Below, one piece after another: positions 39,792 through 48,606 of a stretch of 64,000 nt of DNA. Origin of the DNA: a virus (taxonomy: Duplodnaviria > Caudoviricetes); IMG/VR virus record IMGVR_UViG_3300032330_001040, positions 32,001 to 96,000 of that record; one strand, given 5' to 3'. Numbering within the stretch: the first letter of the stretch is position 1; the number at the start of each line of letters is the position of its first letter. The position numbers and the translations under genes are program-made. Under the pieces are notes generated by a model that saw only the letters and a list, made by a program, of their open reading frames with translations, made no database searches and was not told where the DNA came from.

Positions 39792-40355
39792 ATGCCTAGT
39801 GTATTTTTAGTAAGCGACACACATTTTGGCCATAATGGTGTATGTCACTTCATGCAGAGTGATGGCGTAACAAAGCTTAGACCTTGGGATAATCCTGAAG
39901 ATATGGATGAAGAAATGGTCAAGCGTTGGAACGATAGAGTAAGACCTAATGATAAAGTATATCATCTTGGTGATGTTGTAATGAAGCGTAAGAACCTTGA
40001 AATTATGTCGAGGCTCAACGGTGATAAAGTATTGATTCGTGGTAACCATGATATCTTTAAGGATGAAGATTACAGAAAATATTTCCGTGAGCTTCGTGCT
40101 TATCATGTAATGAATGGTATGATTCTTTCTCATATACCATTACATCCAGAAAGTCTTGGCCGTTTTGGTACAAATATTCACGGTCATACCCATTCTAACC
40201 GAGTTATGCTTGACAATCAGATAGATATCCGTTATCATTGTGTATGTGTAGAACAAACAGATTTTACACCGATTCTTTTTGAGGATGTTATTAAAAAGAT
40301 TGAAGCAGAAGGTGGTATGATTGGTTTCAAAAATGGTAATGGTTCAGTAACGTGA
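39792..40355 (+). CDS. Calcineurin-like metallophosphoesterase
   Basis: SDTHFGH, HLGD, RGNHD, SHIP, HGHTH. Confidence 0.88.
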   Translation: MPSVFLVSDTHFGHNGVCHFMQSDGVTKLRPWDNPEDMDEEMVKRWNDRVRPNDKVYHLGDVVMKRKNLEIMSRLNGDKVLIRGNHDIFKDEDYRKYFRELRAYHVMNGMILSHIPLHPESLGRFGTNIHGHTHSNRVMLDNQIDIRYHCVCVEQTDFTPILFEDVIKKIEAEGGMIGFKNGNGSVT

Positions 40356-40384
40356 TTGACAAGTCAACTATATAATGATATACT
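40356..40384 (+). promoter_or_regulatory. Sigma70-like promoter ahead of the ncRNA/tRNA-Gly segment
   Basis: TTGACA-17 nt-TATACT with TG extension. Confidence 0.65.
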
Positions 40385-40459
40385 GGACTTACTGTTGGGA
40401 AACAGCAAAAACTTCCGACTCTCTTGGAGTCCCTGTAACCGGTAAGCAGGATTTTTAAT

Positions 40460-40640
40460 TGTGTTGTTTTGGAAAAAACCTGTGACCAGGTTAATGCACT
40501 CTCACTTACAGCTCTGTCGGCCGGCATCTGTAACGAGTTGTCAAAGCGAAAACGGAGAAACATCGGCGGATGTCCGTATAAGTGGTTAACGATAAAAGCA
40601 AACGATATCGGGTGAACGATATCCATAACAAAACAATACA
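40460..40640 (+). ncRNA. Putative ~180-nt multi-branched non-coding RNA
   Basis: Closing stem TGTGTTGTTTTG/CAAAACAATACA enclosing at least five helices; no credible ORF. Confidence 0.55.
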
Positions 40641-40651
40641 CTTAAGAATAT

Positions 40652-40720
40652 GCGGTGGGTTGGAGAACAGATTGAGATTCCCTCTTAATTATCTTTGTGC
40701 AACTCAAAGACACCGCTCCA
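40652..40720 (+). tRNA. Atypical tRNA-Gly(TCC)-like RNA (69 nt, reduced D-arm)
   Basis: GCGGTG/CACCGC-U-CCA, TTGAG-ATTCCCT-CTTAA arm, TCTTTG-TGCAACT-CAAAGA T-arm. Confidence 0.55.
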
Positions 40721-40725
40721 GATTT

Positions 40726-40799
40726 GCGGGAATAGTTTAGTGGTAAAACGAAACCTTGCCAAGGTTTAGTTGACAGTTCGATTCTGTCTTTCCGCTCCA
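40726..40799 (+). tRNA. tRNA-Gly(GCC)
   Basis: GCGGGAA/TTTCCGC-U-CCA, AAACC-TTGCCAA-GGTTT, GTTCGATTC. Confidence 0.93.
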
Positions 40800-40822
40800 G
40801 ATATTTTAACTATGGAGTAATT

Positions 40823-41272
40823 ATGTCTAATACATTAAAAAACCTTGAGAGTGCATTGGCTGGCGAATCAATGGCTCATATCAAGTATCGTTATTTCGCC
40901 AAGATTGCTCGTGAAGAAGGATTTGAAGATGTTGCAAAACATTTTGAACACACAGCAGACCAAGAGATTCTACACGCTTGGGGACATCTAGAATTACTTA
41001 TTGGCAAACCATCTACAAAAGAATGCTTAGAAAAAGCCATTGAAGGTGAAACATATGAATTCACTACAATGTATCCAAAGTTTGAAACTGAAGCATCTTT
41101 AGAACAAAATCCTTTAGCAAAGAATGAATTTTCTGAACAGATTGCTGAATCTAAAGAACATGCTGAGAAATTCAAACAAGTATTAGTTAAAGCAGAAAAA
41201 CGTTTCAATGCTTTGAAAAAAGTTGAAAAACGTCATGCTGAAGCCTATCAAAAAGTTTTAGGAGGTCTATAA
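40823..41272 (+). CDS. Rubrerythrin (ferritin-like di-iron domain)
   Basis: ALAGESMAHIKYRYFAKIAREEG...QEILHA...GETYE...MYP...ESKEHA. Confidence 0.9.
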   Translation: MSNTLKNLESALAGESMAHIKYRYFAKIAREEGFEDVAKHFEHTADQEILHAWGHLELLIGKPSTKECLEKAIEGETYEFTTMYPKFETEASLEQNPLAKNEFSEQIAESKEHAEKFKQVLVKAEKRFNALKKVEKRHAEAYQKVLGGL

Positions 41273-41406
41273 TGGAACACGTTTGTATAGTATGTGGCCA
41301 TGTCCACGATGAAGCAGTAGAAGGTAAATGGGAAGATTTGCCAGCAGATTTTGAGTGTCCAGAATGTGGTGTTGGTAAAGAAGATTATGATACTCTATCA
41401 TTTTAA
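41272..41406 (+). CDS. Rubredoxin (44 aa), missing from ORF track
   Basis: GGAGG RBS; MEHVCIVCGHVHDEAVEGKWEDLPADFECPECGVGKEDY (two CxxCG). Confidence 0.9.
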   Translation: MEHVCIVCGHVHDEAVEGKWEDLPADFECPECGVGKEDYDTLSF

Positions 41407-41416
41407 TAAATATCTA

Positions 41417-41492
41417 TGCGGTGTAGCTCAGGAGTAGAGCGCTGGACTCATAATCCAGAGGTCGTTGGTGCGATTCCAATCATCCGCAACCA
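41417..41492 (+). tRNA. tRNA with CAT anticodon (Met, or Ile2)
   Basis: TAGCTCAG D-arm, CTGGA-CTCATAA-TCCAG, T-loop TGCGATT, CCA; one bulged base in acceptor stem. Confidence 0.8.
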
Positions 41493-41507
41493 ATTTCAGG
41501 AGATATT

Positions 41508-41645
41508 ATGATACAAGAAGAAAAAGATCCTGTTAAAGAACAGGATCAAAAACATGAAGATGAAGAATTTGAGTATATCGAAAAGTATAAAAAATATAGA
41601 GAGGATCAATTAAAGAATAATCCCTTAATTGACCCCGGTTATTAA
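41508..41645 (+). CDS. Small charged hypothetical protein (45 aa)
   Basis: AGGAG RBS; MIQEEKDPVKEQDQKHEDEEFEYIEKYKKYREDQLKNNPLIDPGY; converges on the autotransporter stop. Confidence 0.5.
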   Translation: MIQEEKDPVKEQDQKHEDEEFEYIEKYKKYREDQLKNNPLIDPGY

Positions 41646-43654
41646 AACAATACTTTACCTGATACTTGTACCATATTACTTTTAATATCGTCCCATTGTT
41701 GCTGACCAGCTCTGATTGAAACATCAGCTTTGTCTTTAACTTTATAACTCAAACCACCCAATATCGTTTTATAACTTAAAGTTGTACGACTTGCTTCAGC
41801 AATTACACTTAATTTATCTGTAATAGGTTTATCAACATTCACACCAATTTCTTCACTAAATTTTGTAGTAGAAGTTGGGTCATAAGTAACTGAAGTCAAA
41901 GCTGAACCACCACTAGTTGTACCAGATACTCTATTTTTCTCCCAACGTACACCAGCAAAAGGCCTTACACCATATACTGATGGTGTATACAATCTGCCTG
42001 TAACCCAATTATCTACACCATTTGTTACTGCTGAATTGGACAATCCTAATTCAGGAATACTATAGTTTGTATCATAACGGTTATGAGCATAACCAACATC
42101 ATTTTTAATTAACCAATCTTTTACAGTATATAAACTATACACACCAACATGGTCTTTAGTTGCACTACCGCCAGCATTAGTACCTGTTAATGTTGAATTA
42201 GTCCTATTATATTGTGCACCAACAATCCAGTTGTACTGAATACGTTTATCAGCACCAACACCAAATCGATTACCAGTTAAACTGTAACTATCGGCAACAC
42301 CACCACGATTACCTTCTATTGTTACATAACTTGTAACTTCTTCATCACCAGCAAAACGACCATCTTTTACTTTTTGACGGTCTGTTACACGGCTATCTAA
42401 CCATAAATTATTAGCAAGATTAGAACGCCCAAATTTATTCAATTGGTCAATACGAGCCAAGTAATCTTTATTAGTTTGTGTTTGGTCAATTTCTAATCCA
42501 CTAACACTACTTGTTGCAACAGAATTGGTGGTACTTACAGAAACTACAGGAGTGCCATTTGTTGTAGTAGATGTATTATCACTATATGTTGTAACAGTTA
42601 CAGGAGTAGTTGTTGTAGTAGTTGTTATTGGAGTAGTTTTGGTTGTTGTGATTGTTACAGGAGTCGTATTTGTTACAGTTGTTGTTTGTGTAACACCTAA
42701 TGTCTTATCTGTTTTAGCGCCACGACTATTTGCTCTATCAACAGTTGTAGTTGTTATACCGTAAGCAGCTGAAGATGTAACTACTGGAGTTCCATTGACA
42801 GAACTTGTGGTTACTGAATCAGTTGTTGTGGTGCTTACTACTGTTGGAGAACTTGGTGTTGGTGTACTTGGGCCACTTGGCATAGTTGGGTCATTAGAAG
42901 CGACAGAATTAAATAATGTTCCATTTTTATTTACTGTACCTAGATTATCATTTACAAATAATACAGGACTTAATGATGTATCACCTTGATTGAATATACC
43001 AAAACCTACTTTATAATCACCATCTGTGGAAATATTATAGATAATCTGTTGCCAACCTGTTGAACCATAACTACCTGTAGAATAGTTACCTGTTCCTGGA
43101 TTTGTTGCACCTAATAAAATATATTGAGCACTTACACCATTGATTGTACCAAATGTTGTGGCTGAATTTTTATTAACTAATGTAGCAAGCGAACCGTCAT
43201 TGAATGGAACATAGTCTGTGCTTGTATATACCCAAGCCATCTTAAATGTTGTACCAGCAGTAAATGTAAAATCTTTACTAATCCAAGCCGTACTAGTAAT
43301 AGACCCACCAATTGAAGCTACTTGACTATTTAATGATGAAATACTTGAACTACTTAAACCTAGTGCTGTAGTCATACCACTATAATTTATTGAACTAGCT
43401 GGTTGCAAACCAACCATATAACTTCCTGTATACGGACTAATAGTCCATGTATTAGGACCACAACAAGATATAGTTTGTGTACCATTAACTGTTGCAACTC
43501 CGGTACCGGTCGAACCATAATCTCCATTTTTTGTAACTACACTAGGACCTCCAACCCAACCATTTAGGTCCCCCGTTCCAAAACTTACATCTGGCGTCTG
43601 AGCTAATGCGGACAAGCTTAGAGCCACTAATACTAGTGCTAAAATGCGTTTCAT
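41642..43654 (-). CDS. Autotransporter-like outer-membrane protein (signal peptide, beta-rich passenger, Thr-rich stalk, C-terminal beta-barrel)
   Basis: Sec signal; long T/S/V-rich linker; amphipathic strands (FGVGADKR...VGAQYN...RPFAGVRW) ending in terminal Phe. Confidence 0.75.
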   Translation of the reverse strand: MKRILALVLVALSLSALAQTPDVSFGTGDLNGWVGGPSVVTKNGDYGSTGTGVATVNGTQTISCCGPNTWTISPYTGSYMVGLQPASSINYSGMTTALGLSSSSISSLNSQVASIGGSITSTAWISKDFTFTAGTTFKMAWVYTSTDYVPFNDGSLATLVNKNSATTFGTINGVSAQYILLGATNPGTGNYSTGSYGSTGWQQIIYNISTDGDYKVGFGIFNQGDTSLSPVLFVNDNLGTVNKNGTLFNSVASNDPTMPSGPSTPTPSSPTVVSTTTTDSVTTSSVNGTPVVTSSAAYGITTTTVDRANSRGAKTDKTLGVTQTTTVTNTTPVTITTTKTTPITTTTTTTPVTVTTYSDNTSTTTNGTPVVSVSTTNSVATSSVSGLEIDQTQTNKDYLARIDQLNKFGRSNLANNLWLDSRVTDRQKVKDGRFAGDEEVTSYVTIEGNRGGVADSYSLTGNRFGVGADKRIQYNWIVGAQYNRTNSTLTGTNAGGSATKDHVGVYSLYTVKDWLIKNDVGYAHNRYDTNYSIPELGLSNSAVTNGVDNWVTGRLYTPSVYGVRPFAGVRWEKNRVSGTTSGGSALTSVTYDPTSTTKFSEEIGVNVDKPITDKLSVIAEASRTTLSYKTILGGLSYKVKDKADVSIRAGQQQWDDIKSNMVQVSGKVLF

Positions 43655-43671
43655 TTTTTATTCCTTTATTT

Positions 43672-43824
43672 TTAGTAAAGGCGGTTTATTCGACCGCCAC
43701 CCATAAATCCTTGTATCATTATGTGTGGATAATAATGCTTCATCATTTCAGACATCAACCATACCTGGTACTCACAATATGGTTCAAAATAATACCTATT
43801 TAGAAGTGGCCACATAAGTTCCAT
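43672..43824 (-). CDS. Possible 50-aa ORF between cyclase and autotransporter
   Basis: MELMWPLLNRYYFEPYCEYQVWLMSEMMKHYYPHIMIQGFMGGGRINRLY; overlaps cyclase end and fills the gap. Confidence 0.3.
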   Translation of the reverse strand: MELMWPLLNRYYFEPYCEYQVWLMSEMMKHYYPHIMIQGFMGGGRINRLY

Positions 43825-45796
43825 TCCAATTTTCTGGCTTGCCTTCTTCTAACCTCTCCAACATATTTTTATAATATTGCTCGAGTGGATTTTTTTTCTT
43901 AATTAATTCTTTAAGTGTTTCTATTGCAGTAAACCAATCACCACTATAATAATCTTCTAAGAATTCTTTGTGTTCTTGGGTTTCTTCACCTAAGGTGTAA
44001 ATTCTAACACCAATCTTTTTACCTTTAACAGCAATACAATCTAATTCAACAACAGAATATTCATCTTTAACTCTTTCTGCTGTTAATGGTCCTAAAACAA
44101 TTCTTACACCATATGGTTTACTTTGGCCTTCTAAACGTGATGCAAGATTGACTGTATCACCTAAACAAGTATAATCAAATCTTTGGTCAGAACCCATATT
44201 ACCCACAACAACAGTACCAGTATTGATACCAAGTCCCATACCAAAAGCAGGTACACCTTCTTTAGTAATAATTTCATTGAACGCATCCAAACTGTCCATC
44301 ATTTCAAGAGCAGTTTTTACGGCTAGTTTTGCGTGATTGATTTCTTCTACTGGTGCATTCCAAAATGCCATTTGAGCATCACCAATATATTTGTCTAATG
44401 TACCGCTGTTGGTTAAAATCTTTTCGGTCATTGCTGTCATGTACCGATTCATAATTTTAGTTAAGCCTTGTACATCATCTCCGTAGTGTTCAGAGATTAC
44501 TGTGAATCCTCTTACATCAGTAAACATGATGGACAATTCTTTTGATTCTCCACCCAATACTAATAGTTCAGGATTCTTTTGTAATTTTTCTACTAATGCT
44601 TTTGATAGATATGTTCCAAATTGTTTCTTTATCTGAAGTTTGGCCAAGTACTCAGCCACGAACTTAACTCCATAAGCATGTAACATGATAACGATAAGAG
44701 ACAAACAGATATAAGTACAATCTCCGAGCCAAAGGTTTTGCTCAAAAAGAATACGACTAAAGGCATAACTACCAATAACACTAATAACACCAAAGACAAT
44801 CCCAACATAAGTCCACCTCGTTAAAAATAATAGTAAAATACTTAATACGATTAAAGTTAATATTTCTGCACCATCCATCCAATCAGGTCGTTGTATAACA
44901 ACACCGTTGGCCATCGTGGCAATTACTGCAGCTTGTAAATCTTGAGGCCATACAGCGCCTTTTGCCGTAGGTACAGGATTACTTATGCCTGCAGCCGATG
45001 TGCCTACAATAACAACTGCACCACCAAAATCTTTAGGTAAATCTACCATTGATACTGATTTGTTTTGTTGTGACCAATCAATCCAAATTCGTCCTAGATT
45101 ATCGGTCACAATTGGACCAAATTTAGGAATACGCATCTTCTCTACACCATTCTCATTTACTTTGATTTGTGTAGTTGTATCACCAGCCATCACACGGAGA
45201 GTTTCCATAGAAAGACTAGGATAAAAACGGTCATTTGATTTAATAACTAATGGTATTCTACGATTTACTCCATCAATTTCTGGTAATGTATTTGTTGTAC
45301 CTACACCAACGGCATTTTTTTCTAATTTTGTAATGTTTGCAATAATGCCAGGATATTCAATGAGTGGTGCATTACTTGGACCTATAATAGCAATACCAGG
45401 ACTCTTAGGTTCATTTTTTGATTTGTTTGAAGGAGTATTACTGAGTATTACCGGATATTTGAGTAATGTACTAGCCAGCCTATCGTCTTGGCCACTTCGG
45501 TCAACATCAGGCATAAGAACATTAAAAACAACAAGACCAGCATTCCTTCCATAAAGACTTTCGATAATCTTAGCATATTCACTCCTTGGAAATGGCCATT
45601 GGCCAAATTTTGTTAAAGTTTCTTCATCTATATTAACTGTATAGATGTTATTTTCAGTTATTGGTTTTGATGTAATAACAGTATCAAAATATCTTAATCT
45701 CACCGATTCTACGAAACTTGGATCCATAACACGAATCGATACCAATAAACAAAGTGTCAATAAAGCAGTCCAAGGAGATAGTAATATTTTTTTCAT
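43796..45796 (-). CDS. CHASE2-domain membrane adenylate/guanylate cyclase (class III)
   Basis: VNIDEETL.KFGQWPFPRS...DGVNRRIPL (CHASE2); three TM helices; MFTDVRGFT...DKYIGDA.MAFWNAP...GINTG..VVGNMGS..RFDYTCLGDTVNLASRLEG. Confidence 0.93.
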   Translation of the reverse strand: MKKILLSPWTALLTLCLLVSIRVMDPSFVESVRLRYFDTVITSKPITENNIYTVNIDEETLTKFGQWPFPRSEYAKIIESLYGRNAGLVVFNVLMPDVDRSGQDDRLASTLLKYPVILSNTPSNKSKNEPKSPGIAIIGPSNAPLIEYPGIIANITKLEKNAVGVGTTNTLPEIDGVNRRIPLVIKSNDRFYPSLSMETLRVMAGDTTTQIKVNENGVEKMRIPKFGPIVTDNLGRIWIDWSQQNKSVSMVDLPKDFGGAVVIVGTSAAGISNPVPTAKGAVWPQDLQAAVIATMANGVVIQRPDWMDGAEILTLIVLSILLLFLTRWTYVGIVFGVISVIGSYAFSRILFEQNLWLGDCTYICLSLIVIMLHAYGVKFVAEYLAKLQIKKQFGTYLSKALVEKLQKNPELLVLGGESKELSIMFTDVRGFTVISEHYGDDVQGLTKIMNRYMTAMTEKILTNSGTLDKYIGDAQMAFWNAPVEEINHAKLAVKTALEMMDSLDAFNEIITKEGVPAFGMGLGINTGTVVVGNMGSDQRFDYTCLGDTVNLASRLEGQSKPYGVRIVLGPLTAERVKDEYSVVELDCIAVKGKKIGVRIYTLGEETQEHKEFLEDYYSGDWFTAIETLKELIKKKNPLEQYYKNMLERLEEGKPENWNGTYVATSK

Positions 45797-46866
45797 TTGT
45801 TAATTTGTTTAACGGTTAAATTATTTGTTGTTGAATCTTGATTCTGTAATTGTATTGTGTAAGCATCTTGTGTTAAGTTAATCATATAACCTCTATCTTT
45901 ATTAATCAAAGCTGTAAAATTTTGTTTTACATTTCTCGTTACTTGCCAATATGAACCTTTATCAAAAATATAAATCTGTGTTATTGCATTATAACCAACA
46001 GTAAAAGCTGCCAACATATAATTATCTAAAGCATTAGTCAATAAATTAACATCTAATTCATTAATTGCCAATTCGTTATAATCAGCAAATACATCTTTAA
46101 ATACTTTAACCTCTAAAGCATTTTGGTCCAAACCATTAAATTCTAAAGCTGAACCAGATTTATTAGTATTCTCAATTGTTTTTTGTGTAATCTCTTTTGG
46201 AGGTTTTACAATTAACATATTATTAATTGCCGACTCATTCAACATTAACAAAACCGGTCTCATTGGTCTTGTTTCATTAGATGTAGTCATTGTGGCTTGA
46301 AATGCTTGATTAAGCACCACAGAACCCATAGCAGTTTGTACTTCAATTTCACCAACAGAACCATCTTTATTCGGTAATAGTATAATCATTGATTGACCTA
46401 TTTCATCAACCGTCATACTAAATGCCGTGCCACGAACAGCAATTGTGGCAGTCGGAGTATTGATTGCAACTTTACTAGGGTTATTGTGTGCGATACTACC
46501 AGAAGCATATCGCACAGTTCCCATTGCTACTTTTAATCCTAACTTACCCGCAGATTTATTCTTTGGGTCATATACAAAATCATCAATAACAAGTTTTGAG
46601 TTTTCTGTTACTCTAACTTGTGTATCATCTTCAAAAGAAATACCTACAACACCGTTACCGGTTTGTACCAAATCATTACTATCAACACCAACATTCTTTT
46701 TAACTTCTATACTAGATTTGTTTCTAGTAATTGAAGCAACACCTTTTTGTTCTGTTACAGAACCAATTGCAGCATTAGTGTTGAACGATAGAAGTAATAT
46801 TGTTAGTACCACTAATACCACTACCTGTGATATTAACAATCGCTGTGTTTGCATTTGTTGCTCCAT
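45793..46866 (-). CDS. FecR-domain periplasmic protein
   Basis: Signal-like segment; DLVQTGNG...ISFEDDTQVRVTENSKLVID...GTVRYASG...TPTATIAVRGTAF; true start may lie slightly downstream. Confidence 0.85.
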   Translation of the reverse strand: MEQQMQTQRLLISQVVVLVVLTILLLSFNTNAAIGSVTEQKGVASITRNKSSIEVKKNVGVDSNDLVQTGNGVVGISFEDDTQVRVTENSKLVIDDFVYDPKNKSAGKLGLKVAMGTVRYASGSIAHNNPSKVAINTPTATIAVRGTAFSMTVDEIGQSMIILLPNKDGSVGEIEVQTAMGSVVLNQAFQATMTTSNETRPMRPVLLMLNESAINNMLIVKPPKEITQKTIENTNKSGSALEFNGLDQNALEVKVFKDVFADYNELAINELDVNLLTNALDNYMLAAFTVGYNAITQIYIFDKGSYWQVTRNVKQNFTALINKDRGYMINLTQDAYTIQLQNQDSTTNNLTVKQINK

Positions 46867-47536
46867 CTTGTGTAATACTTACTGAGTTGTATCCACCAAT
46901 TACATTAAGGTCAATTTTATGTCCACTAGCGCCTGATTGTGTTGTTGTGATATTATTTCTATTACCTGCAATTGCAATTTTAGTTTCGACATTTTTACTA
47001 TTAATATTACTAACTACTGTATTATAATTACTTGTACTCTGATTATCAGTAGAAACTCCACCATTACCAAGTGTACTACCAATATTTAATTGATATCTGT
47101 AATTATCGGCTTGTCCAGTTGTTCCAATATTTAAAGTAGTGGAGTTGTTATCACCATTAATATCAATACCAAGTAAACCATTATTGGTACCAAGATTTCC
47201 CATATTAAGTACTGTCGCATTAGTATTACCATTTTGTCTAATGTAAGCTGTTGAGTCTCCACCAATAAAATTACCCGTAATATTATTATTCATACCATCT
47301 TGAATGACGGTTAAATTCATATTATTTCCATCAACAACAAATGCTGGAGAAATTAAATTATTGGGGTCACCAAAATTATTTCCAGAACCTGTTTGTGTAA
47401 TAGATACGGATGACATATCAGCGTTTGTCTGGTCAATATAAACAGAGTTGCCTCCACTATCTACTGCACCAGATGAGCCCATAATAAAAGTTAAGGCGAT
47501 AGCAATAACTATTTGGCCAAACTTTAAGGTTTTCAT
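46775..47536 (-). CDS. Secreted curlin-like repeat protein (CsgA/CsgB-like)
   Basis: Signal peptide; repeated N/S-x-x-x-I-x-Q-x-G-x-x-N units (SVSITQTGSGNN, LTVIQDGMNNN, AYIRQNGNTN, SVSITQDG); next to csgG. Confidence 0.7.
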   Translation of the reverse strand: MKTLKFGQIVIAIALTFIMGSSGAVDSGGNSVYIDQTNADMSSVSITQTGSGNNFGDPNNLISPAFVVDGNNMNLTVIQDGMNNNITGNFIGGDSTAYIRQNGNTNATVLNMGNLGTNNGLLGIDINGDNNSTTLNIGTTGQADNYRYQLNIGSTLGNGGVSTDNQSTSNYNTVVSNINSKNVETKIAIAGNRNNITTTQSGASGHKIDLNVIGGYNSVSITQDGATNANTAIVNITGSGISGTNNITSIVQH

Positions 47537-48606
47537 TTTGTTTCCTTTAAATTGTCTTTTTTAACATACATCTTTGAACCATCCTTTAATGTTACTTCAG
47601 CAACATCATTATATTCTGTTGATACAACTTTTACTTCTGTATCTTTAACGTAATATTTGAAAGGTCCGTATAGTGGTCCATTCAAGTTTGATTTGTTATA
47701 ATATAGTTTTACAAAATCTTTTAAATAATAAATTGTTGGTTTTTCTTCTATAATTGGTTTAACAACTTCTTTAACTACGACTGGCTCCGGTTTTACAACT
47801 TCTTCTTGTTTACCTGATTTAAATTTCCATAAACCTTTTTTTTCACCATCGAAAATTAATTCTTCTACTGCTTTTTCTGTTGCAGCTTTAAGAACAAAAA
47901 TACCAACTTCTGTTGAGGACATACCAATTTCATTCTCAAAGGCTTTTGTTCCTTCATCAAAAAATTTAAATGTTGCTATACCAACTTGATAACTCAATAA
48001 TGTCTTTCTTACATTAGTTGTCAATAACACCTCACCCGTTTGGGTGCTGACCACTCTTAATGATATCGTTACAACATCTTCATTATATGATGTTGATGGA
48101 CCAATTCCTAACCATCTCCAACCAAATCCACCTGTTCTTATGTTCGTATCATATGAAACAATGACTGCTTCAAGTATCATACCAGCATAAAGTATTGGTC
48201 TTAAATTGGATGGATCTTTTGCCTCATCTCTTGCCGACCTAATCAGTTGCCGTTCTTTTAATAAATTATCAAGTCCAACTCTTTCTACCACTCTAAACCA
48301 TTGTCCATCACCAATGTCTTGTAATGCTTTAATTAATATGCCTTCACCACCTTGTGTTACTGCTGTAGAAAAACTTGCAACACCAGGTTGTTGTTTTCTT
48401 TGACCAGTCGCATCTTTAAATGAATATACTGCAACAACAATTTTACCATCATGTGGTGGAGGTACTTCTCTAACAACCTTTTTAGTTTCTTGTGGTTGTT
48501 GTAATACTTCAGCATCATTCGTTTCAAATTTCATTGGAGAAAGTGGGCCTGTAGCGGCACAACCAAATAATCCAAAACACATTAAAATAATCAATATTTT
48601 TTTCAT
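47533..48606 (-). CDS. csgG: Curli secretion channel CsgG (lipoprotein) with extra C-terminal domain
   Basis: Lipobox LFGC; VAVYSFKDATGQRK...FSTAVTQG...WFRVVERVGLDNLLKERQLIR...VTISLRVVSTQTGEVL. Confidence 0.92.
   Translation of the reverse strand: MKKILIILMCFGLFGCAATGPLSPMKFETNDAEVLQQPQETKKVVREVPPPHDGKIVVAVYSFKDATGQRKQQPGVASFSTAVTQGGEGILIKALQDIGDGQWFRVVERVGLDNLLKERQLIRSARDEAKDPSNLRPILYAGMILEAVIVSYDTNIRTGGFGWRWLGIGPSTSYNEDVVTISLRVVSTQTGEVLLTTNVRKTLLSYQVGIATFKFFDEGTKAFENEIGMSSTEVGIFVLKAATEKAVEELIFDGEKKGLWKFKSGKQEEVVKPEPVVVKEVVKPIIEEKPTIYYLKDFVKLYYNKSNLNGPLYGPFKYYVKDTEVKVVSTEYNDVAEVTLKDGSKMYVKKDNLKETK

Noticed and set aside
40327-40641. Minus-strand 104-aa ORF
   Set aside because: Opposes the local plus-strand promoter and overlaps a region better explained as structured RNA
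42525-46885. Plus-strand ORFs within the envelope operon (42525, 42795, 43606, 44985, 45333, 46427)
   Set aside because: Antisense shadows of well-supported minus-strand genes
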